Part shown: piece after piece, positions 62,501 through 64,000 of the stretch
How the letters are laid out: each line of letters opens with the position of its first letter
Numbering within the stretch: the stretch's first letter is position 1
Assembly: GCA_002633005.1 (NCBI GenBank)
Contig: NMRA01000013.1
Span: 1,612,185 to 1,676,184, forward strand
Direction: 5' to 3'
Length of the DNA stretch: 64,000 nucleotides
DNA from: Phoronis australis
Taxonomy: Eukaryota > Animalia > Phoronida
The notes under the pieces: model-generated
Database searches by the model: none
Seen by the model: the letters and a program-made list of their open reading frames with translations, nothing else
What the model was told of the DNA's origin: nothing
Program-made: the position numbers and the translations under genes

Positions 62501-64000
62501 GAAATTCTTTTCAATTTTATGTTTGGCCCCTCCTGTTCATATTGCTTTGTTTTATATCGTGGGCTTGGCAAGTCCAGCCATTCATGGGCTTACAAAACAC
62601 CTTGGAGACAATAGCAAGAAAATGACAGCATAAAGTTTTCTTGTTCCAAAGCTTGACAACATTTCAAGTATTCTTAAATTATTGTCATACACCAGTGTGA
62701 CTGAGGGAAGTGAGTGAGAGGGAAATCTGGAGGAACTCTGACCTTAAATCACAGAGAATGTTTCACAATTGTAAACAAGTTGATTACTGTTCCCAACTTG
62801 ACTACTTGAGAATAGTTTACAAATGTTGCAGGCGTTTTTTCAGTAGAAACAAGAATATTCATTTTCGTGAGGTCCTGGAGCCAATGGTAATTCTTCAAAT
62901 AATTCAATTTGAAATATGAATCCTTTTAGGTTTTTCAAAGTCATATCAAAATTATATCAAGTGTCGCTTTATGGCAGCTGGGGTATACTGATATATGTAC
63001 AGAATTGAGAATTTTGGTAAACTAAAATTTTGCTTTTCTCATCTCATATTGTGTCCTCTGTTTACAGTGAACGTGACCTCTTAATTCTTCTCCTACTTAA
63101 GCGCACAATGTGGTAGACGAGTGAAATTTTTTATGTCCAATTTCTCAGCAGAAATAAAGATTAAGAAAATGTCAGTCTATTATTAACTTGGTTTGCACCG
63201 TGTACTGAGATGCTGCGGTGATTATGTTTTCTTTTATTAACAGCAAGTTAATCAAGCTCGCAATATCGACAATTGTTTTTGGTGTAAAATAAGTGAAGTC
63301 ACTGTAAAAGTGTCTGGGAAAATCTGACAGTCATTGGAATGCTTCTGTGTACTGAATGGGAGCAACGGGCAAGTTCTAGTCTTGGCAGGGATCTACAACT
63401 CCTGACTGCACTGATCATAAAAGAGCCTTATCGAGAATATCCTCGCATAACAACATCCTTTCTGAGACCATACAGTCAAGTTGATAAGGTAGACCAGTAG
63501 GAAGCACTACTTAAATGATAACATCCTCACCAAGGAAGTTTGAAATTGTTGTCACCGATTTGGGAATGGGAGTTTTCAGAGTAAACACTACTTCAGTGTA
63601 ACTCTCAGAATGGTCGTCAGAATTATTTGGCAGCGAATTCGCTTTCCGTGGAAGTAACTGACTTGATTCAGACCACTTACTGCTCTAAGATTGATCTCAA
63701 ATTGTTTCTAACTCGGATGAGAAGTGATTTTTTGGTCTTGTTATTATAATAACTTACAACAAGAAAATGACATGCAGTGAGGATAAACAAAGTGGTCTAA
63801 ATTAGGAGTTGTTTGTTGGGATGATAGGCCGGTTCCTAGCTGCTTTAAGTTGAAAATGTAGTGATAAAATGGGAGTTTTTGTGGAAGTTAGTCAGAGGTT
63901 AATGTGATGTTATCGTCACCTAGCGAACTTGCAAAGCAAACTGTTGGGATTTCAGCAAAGTGTGTGCTTTTGGTAAGAGATCAGTATCCACACATTTGGT

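Noticed and set aside
63300-63500. Open frame ...TEWEQRASSSLGRDLQLL... ending near a possible donor AAG|GTAGAC
   Set aside because: No recognisable homology or clear acceptor, and the length is within chance expectation.

Overview
AT-rich eukaryotic DNA with spliceosomal introns, most likely from an invertebrate animal; the species cannot be determined. The first 17 kb hold two head-to-head genes whose start codons are 321 bp apart. On the minus strand is the first coding exon (N-terminal PTB domain) of a TBC1D1/TBC1D4-type Rab-GAP, which runs off the left edge. On the plus strand is a complete 8-exon, 224-aa UCHL3/UCHL1-family deubiquitinase (2790-16844) with a 12-nt microexon. I found no recognisable protein-coding exon in the remaining ~47 kb. 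It contains many non-autonomous mobile elements: five Helentron-type (HINE/DINE-like) elements, hAT-like elements with 5- and 6-bp target duplications, MITEs, a tRNA-derived SINE family and minisatellites. The most striking signal is inside the HINE-like elements. Their ~150-bp internal subunits form a ~450-bp trimer, and each subunit carries one co-oriented near-perfect match to the CTCF consensus (roughly 45 sites by hand count). Also notable are a chain of abutting uORFs before the TBC1D1/4 start, a TBC1D1/4-UCHL3 linkage matching the human arrangement, and a 1.57-kb duplication across an N that is probably an assembly artefact. All calls were made by eye with no searches run, and human comparisons are from recall.
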